Origin: an uncultured Clostridia bacterium
GTDB taxonomy: Bacteria > Bacillota > Clostridia > Christensenellales > Borkfalkiaceae
Assembly (NCBI GenBank): GCA_949286835.1
Contig: CASEDP010000010.1
Span: forward strand, 1,696-65,695
DNA: 64,000 nt
Reading direction: 5' to 3'
This document shows positions 25,721-37,169 of this stretch, piece by piece (the first letter of the stretch is position 1; each line of letters begins with the position of its first letter). A program made the translations under genes and the position numbers. The notes under the pieces were generated by a model, which ran no database searches, was not told the DNA's origin, and saw only the letters and a list, made by a program, of their open reading frames with translations.

Positions 25721-27064
25721 ATGGACTCTTCCAATCTTGACTTTATCTATAACCCCATAAGGGAAAAGATGAAGGAAAACATTACGTACATAATGTTCTC
25801 GACATATATCGACAAGCTTAAACCCGTCGAAATAGACGGCAGATATATCGTGCTGGAGACCGTCTCCGAAAACTTTGCGGAGCTGATTACCAACACGCTC
25901 GCCGACAAGATGAGAGACGCCATAATCAAGGCGGACGTAGGCGTGTCAGACTTCAGGCTTGTCGTCAAGGGCAGCAGGGAATATTTCAGCGCGCCGACAG
26001 AGGAAGCCCCCTATTCTCCCCCCAACAACCTGAACAAGCGCTTCACCTTCGACACCTTCGTCGCGGGCAACAACCAGTTTGTGGTGGAGGCGGCAAAGGA
26101 CGTGGCGAACGACCCCGCGGGCGCTTATAACCCCCTGTTCATTTACGGCGGGACGGGACTTGGCAAGACGCACCTTATTCAGGCTATCGCCAACAAGATT
26201 ATCGCCGACAAGCCCAACTTGAAGGTCATATATGCCACCTGCGAACAGTTTGTAAACGAGATTATAGACACGATGTTCGCCGCAAAGGGTCCCAACGCGA
26301 GGGAACGCGGCAACAGACTGCGCCAGCACTACCGCTCCGCAGACGTGCTGATTATTGACGACATACAGTTCATAGCCAACAAGAAGGCCGTGCAGGAGGA
26401 GTTCTTCCATACCTTCAACGAACTCATCTCCCGCGGCAAGCAGATAGTAATTACATCCGACCAGCCTCCGAAGGAGCTGACCGCACTCGAGGAGAGGCTG
26501 AGAACGAGATTTTCCGGCGGACTGGTATTCGACATACTACCCCCCAACTATGAAACCAAGATTGCCATACTCAAGCAGAAGGCGTTTGAAAAGCGCAGCA
26601 TAGTGCCCGACGAGGTGCTCGCCTTCCTTGCGCAGGATTCGGGCGACGACGTCAGAACGCTTGAGGGCAGACTGACCAAAGTCATTTTCGCCGCGCGCCT
26701 GCACGAGACGCCGATAAGCGTGGCGCTTGCAAGGAGCGCTTTGAACGAAGCGGTGCCCGAGAGCGGCAACGGCGAGATTACCGCGGCAAACATAATAAGC
26801 GCAGTCACCGGCTATTACGGCGTCACGAGGGAGGATCTTGTGGGCAAATGCAAGAAAAAGGACCTTGTATTGCCCAGGCAGGTATGCTGCTACCTTATGT
26901 GCGAGCTATTGTCCCTCCCCCTTATGTCCATAGGCAAGGAACTTGGCAACCGCAACCACACCACCATACTCTATTCGCGCAACAAGGTCGAAGAGATGAT
27001 GGCCGTAAGCGACAAGATGGCAAAGGAAATTGACGACATAAAGAACATAATACTCAAAAAATAA
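25721..27064 (+). CDS. dnaA: Chromosomal replication initiator protein DnaA
   Basis: 447 aa. The AAA+ module reads NPLFIYGGTGLGKTHL and LIIDDIQF. The domain IV DNA-binding region contains NHTTILYSRNKV. Confidence 0.95.
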   Translation: MDSSNLDFIYNPIREKMKENITYIMFSTYIDKLKPVEIDGRYIVLETVSENFAELITNTLADKMRDAIIKADVGVSDFRLVVKGSREYFSAPTEEAPYSPPNNLNKRFTFDTFVAGNNQFVVEAAKDVANDPAGAYNPLFIYGGTGLGKTHLIQAIANKIIADKPNLKVIYATCEQFVNEIIDTMFAAKGPNARERGNRLRQHYRSADVLIIDDIQFIANKKAVQEEFFHTFNELISRGKQIVITSDQPPKELTALEERLRTRFSGGLVFDILPPNYETKIAILKQKAFEKRSIVPDEVLAFLAQDSGDDVRTLEGRLTKVIFAARLHETPISVALARSALNEAVPESGNGEITAANIISAVTGYYGVTREDLVGKCKKKDLVLPRQVCCYLMCELLSLPLMSIGKELGNRNHTTILYSRNKVEEMMAVSDKMAKEIDDIKNIILKK

Positions 27065-27109
27065 GACTTTCGCCCTCTGCTACCGCGAGGGCGAAAACAT
27101 TAAGGGCAT

Positions 27110-28975
27110 ATGACGGAATTTTTATTGGGAGAATACGACGTAGTAGTCGTGGGCGCAGGTCACGCGGGTTGCGAGGCGGCGCTCGCCTCTGCGCGAACAA
27201 ACTTAAAAACCGCGGTACTGACGCTCAACCTGGACAGCATCGCCTTTATGGCGTGCAATCCCTCGATAGGCGGCACGGCAAAGGGGCACCTGGTGCGGGA
27301 GATTGACGCGCTGGGCGGCGAGATGGGCATAAATGCCGACAAGACGGCTTTACAGATAAAGATGCTGAATGTAGGCAAGGGCGCGGCGGTGCAGTCGCTC
27401 AGGTGCCAGTCGGACAAGAACGCCTATCACGCGCGAATGAAGAGCGTGTTGGAGCATACTCCCAACCTGAGGATAATTCAGGGCGAGGCGCAGGAAGTTA
27501 TGACCGAAAACGGCAGGGTGTGCGGCGTTAAGACGACATACGGCGGAATTTTGAAGTGCCGCGCCGCAATACTTGCCACGGGCGTATATTTAAACGCGCG
27601 CACGATTACGGGCGAAGTCGTGCAGAACAGCGGGCCGAACGGGTTCGCCCCCGCCACTGCGCTCACCGAAAACCTCATCTCTCTCGGCTTTTCTGTGCGC
27701 CGCTTCAAGACGGGCACCCCCGCAAGAGTTAGCTTTGCCTCCCTCGACCTCGATAAGCTCACGGTGCAGTACGGCGAGGACGACGTAGGACCCTTTTCAT
27801 TCATCTCCGAAACGCCGCCCGAAAACAAGCTGCCCTGCTACCTTGCGTACACCAACAGGGCGACGCACGAGACAATATTAAAAAATCTCGACCGCTCCCC
27901 CCTCTACAACGGCGCGATAGCCTCCACAGGTCCAAGATACTGCCCCTCGATAGAGACTAAAGTAGTCCGCTTTTCGGACAAGGACAGACACCAGCTTTTC
28001 ATAGAGCCGGAGGGCATAGACACGCTTGAGGCGTACGTGCAGGGAATGTCCTCCTCTATGCCGCACGACGTGCAGCTTGAGATGTACCACTCGATTGCGG
28101 GGCTGGAGCACGCGGAGTTTATGCGCTTTGCGTATGCCATAGAATACGACTGCATAGACGCCCTCGACCTTCTGCCGACGCTTGAATTCAAGAAGTTGGA
28201 CGGGCTATACACGGCGGGGCAGATTAACGGCACTTCGGGCTATGAAGAGGCAGCGGCGCAGGGGCTTATGGCGGGGCTCAACGCCTCATTAAAGCTGCGC
28301 GGGCTTCCCCCTCTCGTCCTGGGCAGAGATGAGGCGTATATCGGCGTGCTCATCGACGACCTTGTGACAAAGGGCACGGAAGAGCCGTACAGAATGATGA
28401 CCTCGCGCGCGGAATACCGCATAGAACTGAGGCAGGATAACGCCGACTTCCGCCTTACGCCAAAGGGATATGCGGCGGGACTTGTCACCGAGGAAAGATA
28501 CGCCGCGTACCTTAAGCGCTATTCGCAGTACGAGAGCGCGCTGAATGAAATTGAAAGGCGCGACCTGCCGCCCGACGCAACCGAAAGGCTGCTGCTTAAG
28601 CACGGGTTCGAGAGGGCGACGGGCAGCATAAGCCGAGGCGACCTGATAAGGCGCGGAATACCCCTGGACGAAATTAAAAAGGAGTTCGGCGGCGTGGACT
28701 TTCCCCGCTCGGTATGCGAGTCCGCAGAGGTCTACACAAAGTACGAAGGGTACCTCAAAAAGAACAGGCAGCAGATAGAGCGGGCAAAGAAACTTGAGGA
28801 CAGATTGCTGCCTGAGGATACAGACTACTCAAAGATTGAGGGACTGAGGCTGGAGGCGCGCGAAAAACTGAACAAGATACGCCCCCGCTCTATAGGTCAG
28901 GCGACGAGAATTTCGGGCGTAAATCCAGCAGACATCTCCGTGCTTATGGTCTGGCTGACATTGAAAAAGGGCTGA
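27110..28975 (+). CDS. mnmG: tRNA uridine 5-carboxymethylaminomethyl modification enzyme MnmG (GidA)
   Basis: 621 aa beginning [21 protein letters not shown], collinear with GidA throughout. Confidence 0.95.
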   Translation: MTEFLLGEYDVVVVGAGHAGCEAALASARTNLKTAVLTLNLDSIAFMACNPSIGGTAKGHLVREIDALGGEMGINADKTALQIKMLNVGKGAAVQSLRCQSDKNAYHARMKSVLEHTPNLRIIQGEAQEVMTENGRVCGVKTTYGGILKCRAAILATGVYLNARTITGEVVQNSGPNGFAPATALTENLISLGFSVRRFKTGTPARVSFASLDLDKLTVQYGEDDVGPFSFISETPPENKLPCYLAYTNRATHETILKNLDRSPLYNGAIASTGPRYCPSIETKVVRFSDKDRHQLFIEPEGIDTLEAYVQGMSSSMPHDVQLEMYHSIAGLEHAEFMRFAYAIEYDCIDALDLLPTLEFKKLDGLYTAGQINGTSGYEEAAAQGLMAGLNASLKLRGLPPLVLGRDEAYIGVLIDDLVTKGTEEPYRMMTSRAEYRIELRQDNADFRLTPKGYAAGLVTEERYAAYLKRYSQYESALNEIERRDLPPDATERLLLKHGFERATGSISRGDLIRRGIPLDEIKKEFGGVDFPRSVCESAEVYTKYEGYLKKNRQQIERAKKLEDRLLPEDTDYSKIEGLRLEAREKLNKIRPRSIGQATRISGVNPADISVLMVWLTLKKG

Positions 28976-29010
28976 AAAACGCCGCCGCTTAATCTGATAT
29001 AATTGAATTG

Positions 29011-29046
29011 GCTGCGGGCAGCGCAAATCATTGCGCTGCCCGCAGC
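29011..29046 (+). terminator. Rho-independent terminator after mnmG
   Basis: GCTGCGGGCAGCGCAA / TTGCGCTGCCCGCAGC form a perfect 16-bp stem, followed by TCTTTCCT. Confidence 0.75.
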
Positions 29047-29216
29047 TCTTTCCTCCTTAAGTCCGCCGCACCTTTCCCCCGCTTTTAAACGCCGACCTTG
29101 CCGCCCGCAACCGCCGTTCCCCCGTTACGTGCGCGGCGAACGGCAATCTGCATTATGTCACAAAATGCCCCAAACAAAGACAAAATATTGCCTTGCCCGC
29201 AGTATATAATGCGGTT

Positions 29217-31493
29217 ATGCGAGTGCGGATAAACTTAAAAAGCGTACTTATGTACTGCACATATGCCCTTGCCGTCGTGTTCATAAACGGCGCGCTGCCC
29301 GGAGTGCCCTTTTCACTGGGGCTGTGCTTTGCAATGCTAATCTGCGGGGCGAACATCGTGGCGGTGCCCGTACTGTACGCGCTCGCCTCGGTGATATCGC
29401 TCAACTGGATGACTATGGTCTTAGGTCTTTTCGAGGGCGGCTTTCTCTGCCTTGTCACTCTGCTTTACAGGCGCTCCGGGAGAAAGATACGCGCGGAGGC
29501 GGCGGCATATATGGCTATATCCCTCGCACCGTTTATCGCCTTTTCGGACTGGCAGGGCATAAGTTCGCTGTACTTCACCGACAACATATACTTGATAAAG
29601 TCGGTCGCCGCGATTGCCGTGATGCTCTTCACCTTCTTTTCGGTGAGGTGCGTATATTCGCTCTTTTTCAGGCTGTTCAGGTGTATGCTCCGCCCCGACG
29701 AGCTGCTGTGCATATCCGCCGTCGCCGCGCTGTGCGGAGCGGGCATCTATAACCTTGCAGGGCAGTTTGCGTATATCTGCATATGTGCGGGGCTGATACC
29801 GCTTGCCGTGCGGCTTTACCGCTCCCCCGCCGCGCTCATCGTCGCCTGCGTTCTGGCGCTGCCGCTGACAATAGCCACGCTGGACATAAATTATTTTACC
29901 TACGCCATGCTTCTCTCCCTTTCCTGCCTCATCTTCTGCGGGGCGGGCAGGGGCGCGCCGCCCGTCGTCTCTCTTGCGCTCGTCACGGCGTTCATGTACT
30001 TTGCGGGCGCATTTGAAAAGGGCGTCGCGCTGACGGTTATCTATGCTCTCCTGCTATTCTGCTGTTGCTTCGCCTCCTCCATTCCCTCGGACGGCAAACT
30101 CAGATCCCTGCGCGACCTCATATACGTAAAAAAACAGCTTGACCGCGCAGAGGAAGAGCGCTTCCGCGACTACGTTTCGCGCAGGCTGTTCAGAATGAGC
30201 GAGGTGTTCAGGGAGATAGAGCTGGCGTTCACCGCCCTGGACGAGGGCATTGACGAGACCGCCCTGCGCCGCAGAATGCTTACCGAAGTCAGGGAAAAGC
30301 TGTGCGCCGGCTGCCAACGCAAAAACATCTGTGCAAAGACCAACGTCTACGGCGGCATAGCCTCGCTCATCGAAGTCGGCTGTCTTAAGGGCAAGGTTAG
30401 CCTTGTGGACCTGCCGAAGGAGATAACGACGAACTGCTCGCAGGCGGGCGCGCTGATAGACGCAATTAACGTAAACCTTGCCGAATACCGCAAACTGACG
30501 CTTGAAAACTACAACGTGAAGAGCGGCAGAAAGCTGCTTGCGGGGCAGGCAAAGGGCGTTGCGGAGGTATTGAAGAGCCACGCCGTGGAGCTTGCGCGCA
30601 CGCAGGAAAACTTTGCCCCGCTGGAGGACGCGACGATGAAGGAACTTGCCGCGTGCGGCATCTCCTGCCCGGAGATAAGAATTGCGGGCGGGGAGCAGTT
30701 CACCGTTCTTGCGACGGCGATAGGCAAGGTAAACCCCTCCGCCATCGGCGCAATAATTGCGAGGTCGACGGGCACGGAGGTGCTCCTCAAAGACAGAATA
30801 CCCGTCGATGCGCAGAAGAGCACATACATATTCGTCCGACCTCCCCGCTATGACGCCGCTTTCGGCGTGGCGTTCGCAATAAAGGAAGGCGAGCGCGTCT
30901 CCGGGGATACGCACTCCGTGATAGACATAAACGAACACAGCTTTTTGATGGCACTCTCCGACGGAATGGGCAGCGGCAGATATGCGCGCAAGGTGTCATC
31001 TACCGCGATATCGCTCATAGAGGCGTTCTACCGCGCGGAGATGCCCGCCGACATTGTGCTTGACACCATAAACAAACTGCTGTGCTTTAACAGGGAGGAG
31101 CGGTTTACCTGCATAGACGTTGCCGCAATCGACCTCAATACCCTTGCAGCCTCCTTCATAAAGATCGGTTCGCCCGCGGGCGTGATAGTGCGCAAGGGCG
31201 AAATAAAGGTGCTGGAGAGCAATTCGCTGCCCCTCGGCATACTCGACAGCCTGCACCCCACCACTTGCAGCGAACAGCTCAAATGTGACGACTTAGTGGT
31301 GTTTATGAGCGACGGAGTGACGTCGGCGTTTTCCACCCCGCAGGAACTGTACTCCTGCCTGCAGAAGCTCACCCCGCTCAACCCGCAGTCGCTAGCCGAT
31401 GACATTCTCGCAGAGGCGAAAAGCAGACAGTTCGGCATACCGGACGATATGACCGTGCTGTGCGTGCGCATTTTCGAGCGGCAGTCCGCCTGA
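29217..31493 (+). CDS. spoIIE: Stage II sporulation protein E (membrane PP2C phosphatase)
   Basis: A multi-TM N-terminal half is followed by a C-terminal PP2C domain (SGDTHSVIDINEHSFLMALSDGMGSG...VVFMSDGV). The start is uncertain: there is no good RBS at 29193, 29217 or 29250. Confidence 0.85.
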   Translation: MRVRINLKSVLMYCTYALAVVFINGALPGVPFSLGLCFAMLICGANIVAVPVLYALASVISLNWMTMVLGLFEGGFLCLVTLLYRRSGRKIRAEAAAYMAISLAPFIAFSDWQGISSLYFTDNIYLIKSVAAIAVMLFTFFSVRCVYSLFFRLFRCMLRPDELLCISAVAALCGAGIYNLAGQFAYICICAGLIPLAVRLYRSPAALIVACVLALPLTIATLDINYFTYAMLLSLSCLIFCGAGRGAPPVVSLALVTAFMYFAGAFEKGVALTVIYALLLFCCCFASSIPSDGKLRSLRDLIYVKKQLDRAEEERFRDYVSRRLFRMSEVFREIELAFTALDEGIDETALRRRMLTEVREKLCAGCQRKNICAKTNVYGGIASLIEVGCLKGKVSLVDLPKEITTNCSQAGALIDAINVNLAEYRKLTLENYNVKSGRKLLAGQAKGVAEVLKSHAVELARTQENFAPLEDATMKELAACGISCPEIRIAGGEQFTVLATAIGKVNPSAIGAIIARSTGTEVLLKDRIPVDAQKSTYIFVRPPRYDAAFGVAFAIKEGERVSGDTHSVIDINEHSFLMALSDGMGSGRYARKVSSTAISLIEAFYRAEMPADIVLDTINKLLCFNREERFTCIDVAAIDLNTLAASFIKIGSPAGVIVRKGEIKVLESNSLPLGILDSLHPTTCSEQLKCDDLVVFMSDGVTSAFSTPQELYSCLQKLTPLNPQSLADDILAEAKSRQFGIPDDMTVLCVRIFERQSA

Positions 31494-31637
31494 CGCCCGC
31501 CCGACACGCCCGCGAGAACGCGGGCGACGTTGAAACATTCGCGCGCGCCGCAAACCCGACGCACGAACATAGCGCAACCTCGCCGCTTTCAAGAAACCTT
31601 ACGACCACAATATCATTCTTCCCTCCCCATAAAAGAC

Positions 31638-31675
31638 GCGCCGCAGAGTACTTTTATCAAAGCACTCTGCGGCGC
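31638..31675 (-). terminator. Terminator hairpin between the convergent spoIIE and malQ genes
   Basis: GCGCCGCAGAGT / ACTCTGCGGCGC form a perfect 12-bp stem with a T-rich tail on the minus strand. Confidence 0.6.
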
Positions 31676-31701
31676 AACCTTTAAGAGGTACAAAAATCAA
31701 A

Positions 31702-33207
31702 TTATCTTCCGCTGTTTACAATCATACGCTTGAGAGCAGCCATCGTCCTGCGGTCGGGCTGTTTTTCGAGGCGGAAAGTCCAGTTGCCAGAAGCAACCGC
31801 GGGGGTATTCATCCTTGACGTATTGTCCAGGCGGAGGACGTCCTGCACGGGCAGAACGACGAGATACGACCGCGTGTTGAGCGCGCACAGGCAAAGCGCT
31901 TTTACGGCATCGTCCCTGTCGACAACGGGCATATATAAGCCCTGCTCCTTTATGACCTTGCGCAGGCACTTCTTGAAGTCCCTGAACTGCTCTTCGTTCA
32001 TCTTATAGAGGAAGCCGAGCGCGGTGTCGTTGTCGTGGGTGCCCGTATACGTAACAGAATTTTCGGGAATATTTCGGGGCAGATAGTCGTTATTTTCGTT
32101 GCCGTCGAAGGCAAACATAAGTATCTTCATTCCTGGCAGCCCGCTCTTTTCCCTGAGTTCGAGCACGCCGTCGTCTAAAATTCCGAGGTCCTCGGCGATT
32201 ATGTCTATGTCGCCTAGGCGCTCGCCTATGGCGTTGAAGAGCTCCATTCCTGGACCCTGCTCCCACTCGCCCTCTACGGCGTTATATGCGCCTGCGGGAA
32301 CGGCATAGTAGCGGTCAAGCCCGCGGAAGTGGTCAATCCTTACGACGTCGTACATCTTGCTCGCCCTTGAAATGCGGTCTATCCACCAATCGTAATTGTC
32401 GGCGCGCATTGCGTTCCAATTATAGAGAGGGTTGCCCCAGAGCTGACCTTTCTTCGAGAAATAGTCGGGGGGAACGCCAGCCACCTTTGTCGGCTTTAAG
32501 TCCTCGTCGAGCTGGAAGAGCTCGGGACGCGACCAGAGGTCGGAGGAGTCCGCCGCGACGTACAGCGGAATGTCGCCTATTATCTTTATGCCCTTGCCGT
32601 TCGCATATGCCTTGAGCGCCTGCCACTGCTGCCTGAAGATGTACTGCAAAAACAGCCAGAAGCAGTATTCGGAGCGATAAACCGAATTTCTGAATTCGTA
32701 GATGGCAAGGGGCTCTTTATACTTGAACGCGTCAGGGAAGCCCGTGAAAGTGCCGCCGTAGCGCGACTTCAAGGACATAAACAGCGCATAGTCCTCGAAC
32801 TCCCCGCACTCTATGAACTCTACGAATTTCTTGTCCTTGATGTTGAAGCGGGCATACGCCCTTCTTAAAAGCGCATAGCGGCTTGCATACAGTTCGCCGA
32901 AGTCGACGGCGCCCGCGGGGCGCCTTGCGCCCTCCAGCTCCTCATCGTCGATGAGCCCGCGCTTTCTGAGGTCGACAAGGTCGATAAAATACGGGTTGCC
33001 CGAAAGACAGCAGACCGACTGATAGGGCGAATCGCCATACCCCGTCTGCTGAAGGGGCAGAATTTGCCAGTACTTTGCGCCGCACTTGGCGAGAATGTCG
33101 ACAAATTCGTACGCTTCCCTGCCGAGCGTGCCGATGCCGTATTCGCCGGGGAGAGAGGAAATATGGCAGAGTATGCCTGCGCCTTTTGTTCTTTCAGATA
33201 CTTCCAT
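31702..33207 (-). CDS. malQ: 4-alpha-glucanotransferase (amylomaltase, GH77)
   Basis: 501 aa containing GAGILCHISSLPGEYGIGTLG...YWQILPL...GDSPYQS, the typical MalQ N-terminus. Confidence 0.9.
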   Translation of the reverse strand: MEVSERTKGAGILCHISSLPGEYGIGTLGREAYEFVDILAKCGAKYWQILPLQQTGYGDSPYQSVCCLSGNPYFIDLVDLRKRGLIDDEELEGARRPAGAVDFGELYASRYALLRRAYARFNIKDKKFVEFIECGEFEDYALFMSLKSRYGGTFTGFPDAFKYKEPLAIYEFRNSVYRSEYCFWLFLQYIFRQQWQALKAYANGKGIKIIGDIPLYVAADSSDLWSRPELFQLDEDLKPTKVAGVPPDYFSKKGQLWGNPLYNWNAMRADNYDWWIDRISRASKMYDVVRIDHFRGLDRYYAVPAGAYNAVEGEWEQGPGMELFNAIGERLGDIDIIAEDLGILDDGVLELREKSGLPGMKILMFAFDGNENNDYLPRNIPENSVTYTGTHDNDTALGFLYKMNEEQFRDFKKCLRKVIKEQGLYMPVVDRDDAVKALCLCALNTRSYLVVLPVQDVLRLDNTSRMNTPAVASGNWTFRLEKQPDRRTMAALKRMIVNSGR

Positions 33208-33213
33208 AAGCCG

Positions 33214-34398
33214 TTATTCCGTGAGAAGTTTTTTAATCCTTGCAACCGCCTCTTCGGTAACTTCCCTGCTGCCGAAAGCCGTGAGGCGGAAGAAACCTTC
33301 GCCGTTTTTGCCGAAGCCCGCGCCCGGAGTGCCGACGACCTGAGCCCCGTCGAGGAGATAGTCGAAAAACTCCCAACTGCCCATACCGCCGGGGCACTTG
33401 AGCCAGATATAGGGCGAGTTTTTGCCTCCCGTGTACCAGATGCCGAGTTCGTCCATACACTCCGCGATTATTCTTGCGTTTTCCTGATATACGGCGATAT
33501 TCTTTTTTATTTCACGTTCGCCCTGCTCGGTGAACACGGCCGCCGCGCCCTTCTGCACGATGTAGGGAACGCCGTTGAACTTGGTCGTCTGGCGCCTGAG
33601 CCACATCTTGTTTGCGCTTAAGCCGTCCGCCTCTATCGACTTGGGAACGACGGTATAGCCGCACCTCGTGCCCGTAAAGCCCGCCGTCTTTGAAAACGAA
33701 CAGAACTCGACGGCGCACTTCTTCGCGCCCTCTACCTGATAGACAGACCTTGCGAGACTGTCGTCGGTGACAAAGCACTCGTATGCGGCATCGTAGAGTA
33801 TTACCGCCTGCTTTTTAAGGGCGTAGTCCACCCACTTTTTAAGCTGCGCTTTTGTGTACGCCGCGCCCGTGGGGTTGTTGGGCGAACAGAGATAGATTAT
33901 GTCGGCGTCGACAGAGTAGTCGGGCATAGGCAGAAAGCCGTTTTCTGCGGTGGCGTCCATAAAGATTATCTTCCTGCCCGCCATAGTGTTGGTATCGACA
34001 TATACGGGATATACGGGGTCGGGAACGAGCACCGTGTTGTCCCTGTCGAAGAGGTCGAGAATGTTGCCGAGGTCGCTTTTCGCGCCGTCGGAGATGAAAA
34101 TCTCGTCGCTTTCGAGTTGCACTCCCTTCCTCGCATATGCGCCGTTTATGCTGTCCTTTAGAAAGGCATAGCCCTGTTCGGGACCGTAGCCTTTGAAAGT
34201 TTCCTTATGCGCCATCTCGTCGACGGCGCCGTGAAGCGCCTCTATTACCGAGGGCACGAGGGGCAGAGTTACGTCGCCTATTCCGAGGCGGAGCACCTTT
34301 TTGTCGGGGTGCGCCGCGGTGTACGCGTTTACCCTGTGCGCTATGTCGGAGAAGAGATAGCTCTCCGCAATGTTCTTGAAATTTGTATTGAACTTCAT
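33214..34398 (-). CDS. dapL: LL-diaminopimelate aminotransferase
   Basis: 394 aa. The N-terminal NFKNIAESYLFSDIAHRVNAY and LRLGIGDVTLPL are typical of the DapL family of PLP aminotransferases. Confidence 0.85.
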   Translation of the reverse strand: MKFNTNFKNIAESYLFSDIAHRVNAYTAAHPDKKVLRLGIGDVTLPLVPSVIEALHGAVDEMAHKETFKGYGPEQGYAFLKDSINGAYARKGVQLESDEIFISDGAKSDLGNILDLFDRDNTVLVPDPVYPVYVDTNTMAGRKIIFMDATAENGFLPMPDYSVDADIIYLCSPNNPTGAAYTKAQLKKWVDYALKKQAVILYDAAYECFVTDDSLARSVYQVEGAKKCAVEFCSFSKTAGFTGTRCGYTVVPKSIEADGLSANKMWLRRQTTKFNGVPYIVQKGAAAVFTEQGEREIKKNIAVYQENARIIAECMDELGIWYTGGKNSPYIWLKCPGGMGSWEFFDYLLDGAQVVGTPGAGFGKNGEGFFRLTAFGSREVTEEAVARIKKLLTE

Positions 34399-34399
34399 A

Positions 34400-36010
34400 T
34401 TATCGCTTTACCTTTTTTGAGCTGTACTTTACGGCGTGACCTATGAACTCCCTGAAGATGGGGTGCGCGTTGTTGGGGCGCGACTTGAACTCGGGGTGGA
34501 ACTGCACGCCGATGTAGAAGTCGTTTGCGGGAATTTCCACAGCCTCTACCAAAAGTCCGTTGGGCGACGTGCCCGCGATCACCATACCCGCCTTTTCAAT
34601 CTCCTGGCGGTAGTCGTTGTTGAATTCATATCTGTGACGGTGACGTTCGGAGACCTCCTCCGCATTGTACGCCGTCTTCATTATCCTGCCTATTACCTTG
34701 CAGGGATATGCGCCGAGACGCATAGTGCCGCCCATCTTTACGCCGTACTGGTCGGGCATAAGGTCGATTACGGGATGCTTGCTGTCGCGGTCGAACTCCG
34801 AAGAGTGCGCGTCCTTATAGCCGAGCACGTTCCTCGCGTATTCGATTACCGCCGTCTGCATACCGAGGCATATGCCGAAGTAGGGCACGTCCTTTTCCCT
34901 TGCATACTTTGCGGCGACTATCATACCCTCTACGCCGCGCGAACCGAAGCCGCCGGGTACTATTATACCGTCGACGTCGCCGAGATATTCTTCCGCCGTG
35001 GCGTCGGTGAGCAGTTCGGTATCAACCCACTTTATGTCCACCTTTGCCGAATTTTCATATCCCGCGTGGGCGAGCGCTTCGGCAACCGACAGATATGCGT
35101 CGTGGAGCTGCACATACTTGCCGCAGAGTGCGATTTTTACCGTCTTATCCCTGCCGTTTATCCTGTCAATCATCCTGTTCCACTCGGTCAGATCAATCCT
35201 GCCGGGGTCGAGGTTGAGGCGCTTGCAGACTATTTCGGAGAAGTTGCTCTCCTCCAGCATTATGGGGCACTGGTAGAGCACGGGCATAGTCATATTCTCT
35301 ATGCAGCACTCCGGCTCCACGTTGCAGAACATTGCAATTTTGTCCCTTACGTCTTTGGGCATAGGCGCGTCCACTCTGGGGATTATGATGTCGGGATTGA
35401 TGCCCATACCCTGCAGCTCCTTGACGGAATGCTGCGTGGGCTTGGACTTGAACTCCTCCGAACCGGAGATATAGGGAACGAGGGTGACGTGAATGAAACA
35501 GCAGTTCTCCCTGCCCACTTCCCTTGCGACCTGCCTTATCGCCTCTATGAAGGGCTGGCTCTCTATGTCGCCTATCGTGCCGCCGATTTCGGTTATTACG
35601 ACGTCAGCACCCGTAGTCTTGCCGACGTTGTAGATGAACGACTTGATTTCGTTGGTGATGTGGGGAATTATCTGCACGGTCTGCCCGAGATATTCGCCGT
35701 TCCTCTCCTTGTTGAGTACGTTCCAATAGACCTTGCCCGTGGTGAGGTTGGAATACTTATTGAGATTTTCGTCGATGAACCTCTCGTAATGCCCGAGGTC
35801 GAGGTCGGTTTCGGCGCCGTCGTCGGTTACGAACACTTCGCCGTGCTGATAGGGACTCATCGTGCCGGGGTCGATGTTGATATAGGGGTCGAGCTTCTGG
35901 GATGCGACCTTATATCCCCTGCACTTTAAAAGTCTGCCGAGAGATGCCGCCGTTATGCCCTTGCCGAGGCCCGATACTACGCCGCCCGTAACGAAGATGT
36001 ACTTTGTCAT
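34400..36010 (-). CDS. pyrG: CTP synthase
   Basis: [25 protein letters not shown], plus a C-terminal glutamine amidotransferase domain (GICLGMQ). Confidence 0.95.
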   Translation of the reverse strand: MTKYIFVTGGVVSGLGKGITAASLGRLLKCRGYKVASQKLDPYINIDPGTMSPYQHGEVFVTDDGAETDLDLGHYERFIDENLNKYSNLTTGKVYWNVLNKERNGEYLGQTVQIIPHITNEIKSFIYNVGKTTGADVVITEIGGTIGDIESQPFIEAIRQVAREVGRENCCFIHVTLVPYISGSEEFKSKPTQHSVKELQGMGINPDIIIPRVDAPMPKDVRDKIAMFCNVEPECCIENMTMPVLYQCPIMLEESNFSEIVCKRLNLDPGRIDLTEWNRMIDRINGRDKTVKIALCGKYVQLHDAYLSVAEALAHAGYENSAKVDIKWVDTELLTDATAEEYLGDVDGIIVPGGFGSRGVEGMIVAAKYAREKDVPYFGICLGMQTAVIEYARNVLGYKDAHSSEFDRDSKHPVIDLMPDQYGVKMGGTMRLGAYPCKVIGRIMKTAYNAEEVSERHRHRYEFNNDYRQEIEKAGMVIAGTSPNGLLVEAVEIPANDFYIGVQFHPEFKSRPNNAHPIFREFIGHAVKYSSKKVKR

Positions 36011-36086
36011 AATCTGCTCCTAAGGTAATTTATATATTTTGCCGTTTGCTGTATTTTGCCCGTTTGCCGCGGAAATTTGTCCGCAA

Positions 36087-36929
36087 TCAGATTTCAACTT
36101 CGCCGGTGAATGCCAGCGTTGCTCCGCCTTCCATAAACACGGTCTCGTCCGTGTAAGTTATGGTAAGGTCGCCGCCGCGAAGATGCACAGTTATCGGCAC
36201 GCCTTTGTCGGCATATCCGTTGAGCACCGCCGCAACCGCAACCGCGCACGCGCCCGTGCCGCACGCCCACGTCTCGCCGCTGCCGCGCTCCCACACGCGC
36301 ATTTTAAGCTCGTTCCTCGCAATTACCCTGACAAATTCGGTATTTATCCTGTCGGGGAAGAGGGGGTTGTTTTCAAACAGCGGACCGACCTTTTCTATGT
36401 CCAGCCCGTCGGGGTCGACGGAGAAAGTGACGCAGTGGGGATTGCCCATAGAGACGAGGGTTATTTCGTATTGCCTTCCCCCCGCCTCGACCGTGTGCGC
36501 GACGACCTTTTCGCCGTCTATTAAAGAGGGGATGTCCCTGCCGCGGAGAATTGCCGCGCCCATATCCACCTTAGCCGTCTCCACCGTGCCGAACTTGTCC
36601 AGCTTAAAATCCAGCTTTTTGATGCCCGAGAGCGTCTCTATGCTGCACGAAGTTCCCCCGACATAGCCGAGGTCGTGGGCGAGCTTGCCCACGCAGCGTA
36701 TTCCGTTGCCGCACATCTTGCCTTCAGAGCCGTCGGCGTTGAACATTCTCATACGGCAGTCGGCGACTTCTGACGGGCAGAGAAGTATTATTCCGTCGCC
36801 GCCTATCGAAAAATGCCTGTCCGAAAGGCGGACGGCGAGCTCCTCGGGGCGGGGCAGCTCCTCCTTCATACAGTCGAAATACACATAGTCGTTGCCTATG
36901 CCGTGCAACTTGTAAAATTTTCTCAACAT
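36087..36929 (-). CDS. dapF: Diaminopimelate epimerase
   Basis: 280 aa containing KLHGIGNDYVYFD, MCGNGIRC, SMGNPH and ACGTGA, which include the two catalytic Cys contexts. Confidence 0.9.
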   Translation of the reverse strand: MLRKFYKLHGIGNDYVYFDCMKEELPRPEELAVRLSDRHFSIGGDGIILLCPSEVADCRMRMFNADGSEGKMCGNGIRCVGKLAHDLGYVGGTSCSIETLSGIKKLDFKLDKFGTVETAKVDMGAAILRGRDIPSLIDGEKVVAHTVEAGGRQYEITLVSMGNPHCVTFSVDPDGLDIEKVGPLFENNPLFPDRINTEFVRVIARNELKMRVWERGSGETWACGTGACAVAVAAVLNGYADKGVPITVHLRGGDLTITYTDETVFMEGGATLAFTGEVEI

Positions 36930-37030
36930 CCTGATACCAATATTGACCGATTATATATTCCCATCTATATTATCACAAAGCCGACACATTTGCAAGTAAA
37001 TAGGCCTAAAACGCAGGCAAAGAAAAATGA

Positions 37031-37057
37031 GCGGCGCGGAAAATTTTTCCGCGCCGC
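37031..37057 (-). terminator. Terminator hairpin downstream of purA
   Basis: GCGGCGCGGAAAA / TTTTCCGCGCCGC palindrome followed by TCATTTTTCT on the minus strand. Confidence 0.7.
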
Positions 37058-37169
37058 CGCACTGCCGACCTTAGGTCAGTTATCTGTGCAGAGATGTCTA
37101 TATCGATTGCGGGCGCCGCGTATTTTCGCCGCCGCGCGGCAAAAACGCTTTATGCCCCCCTTGCCGCAG

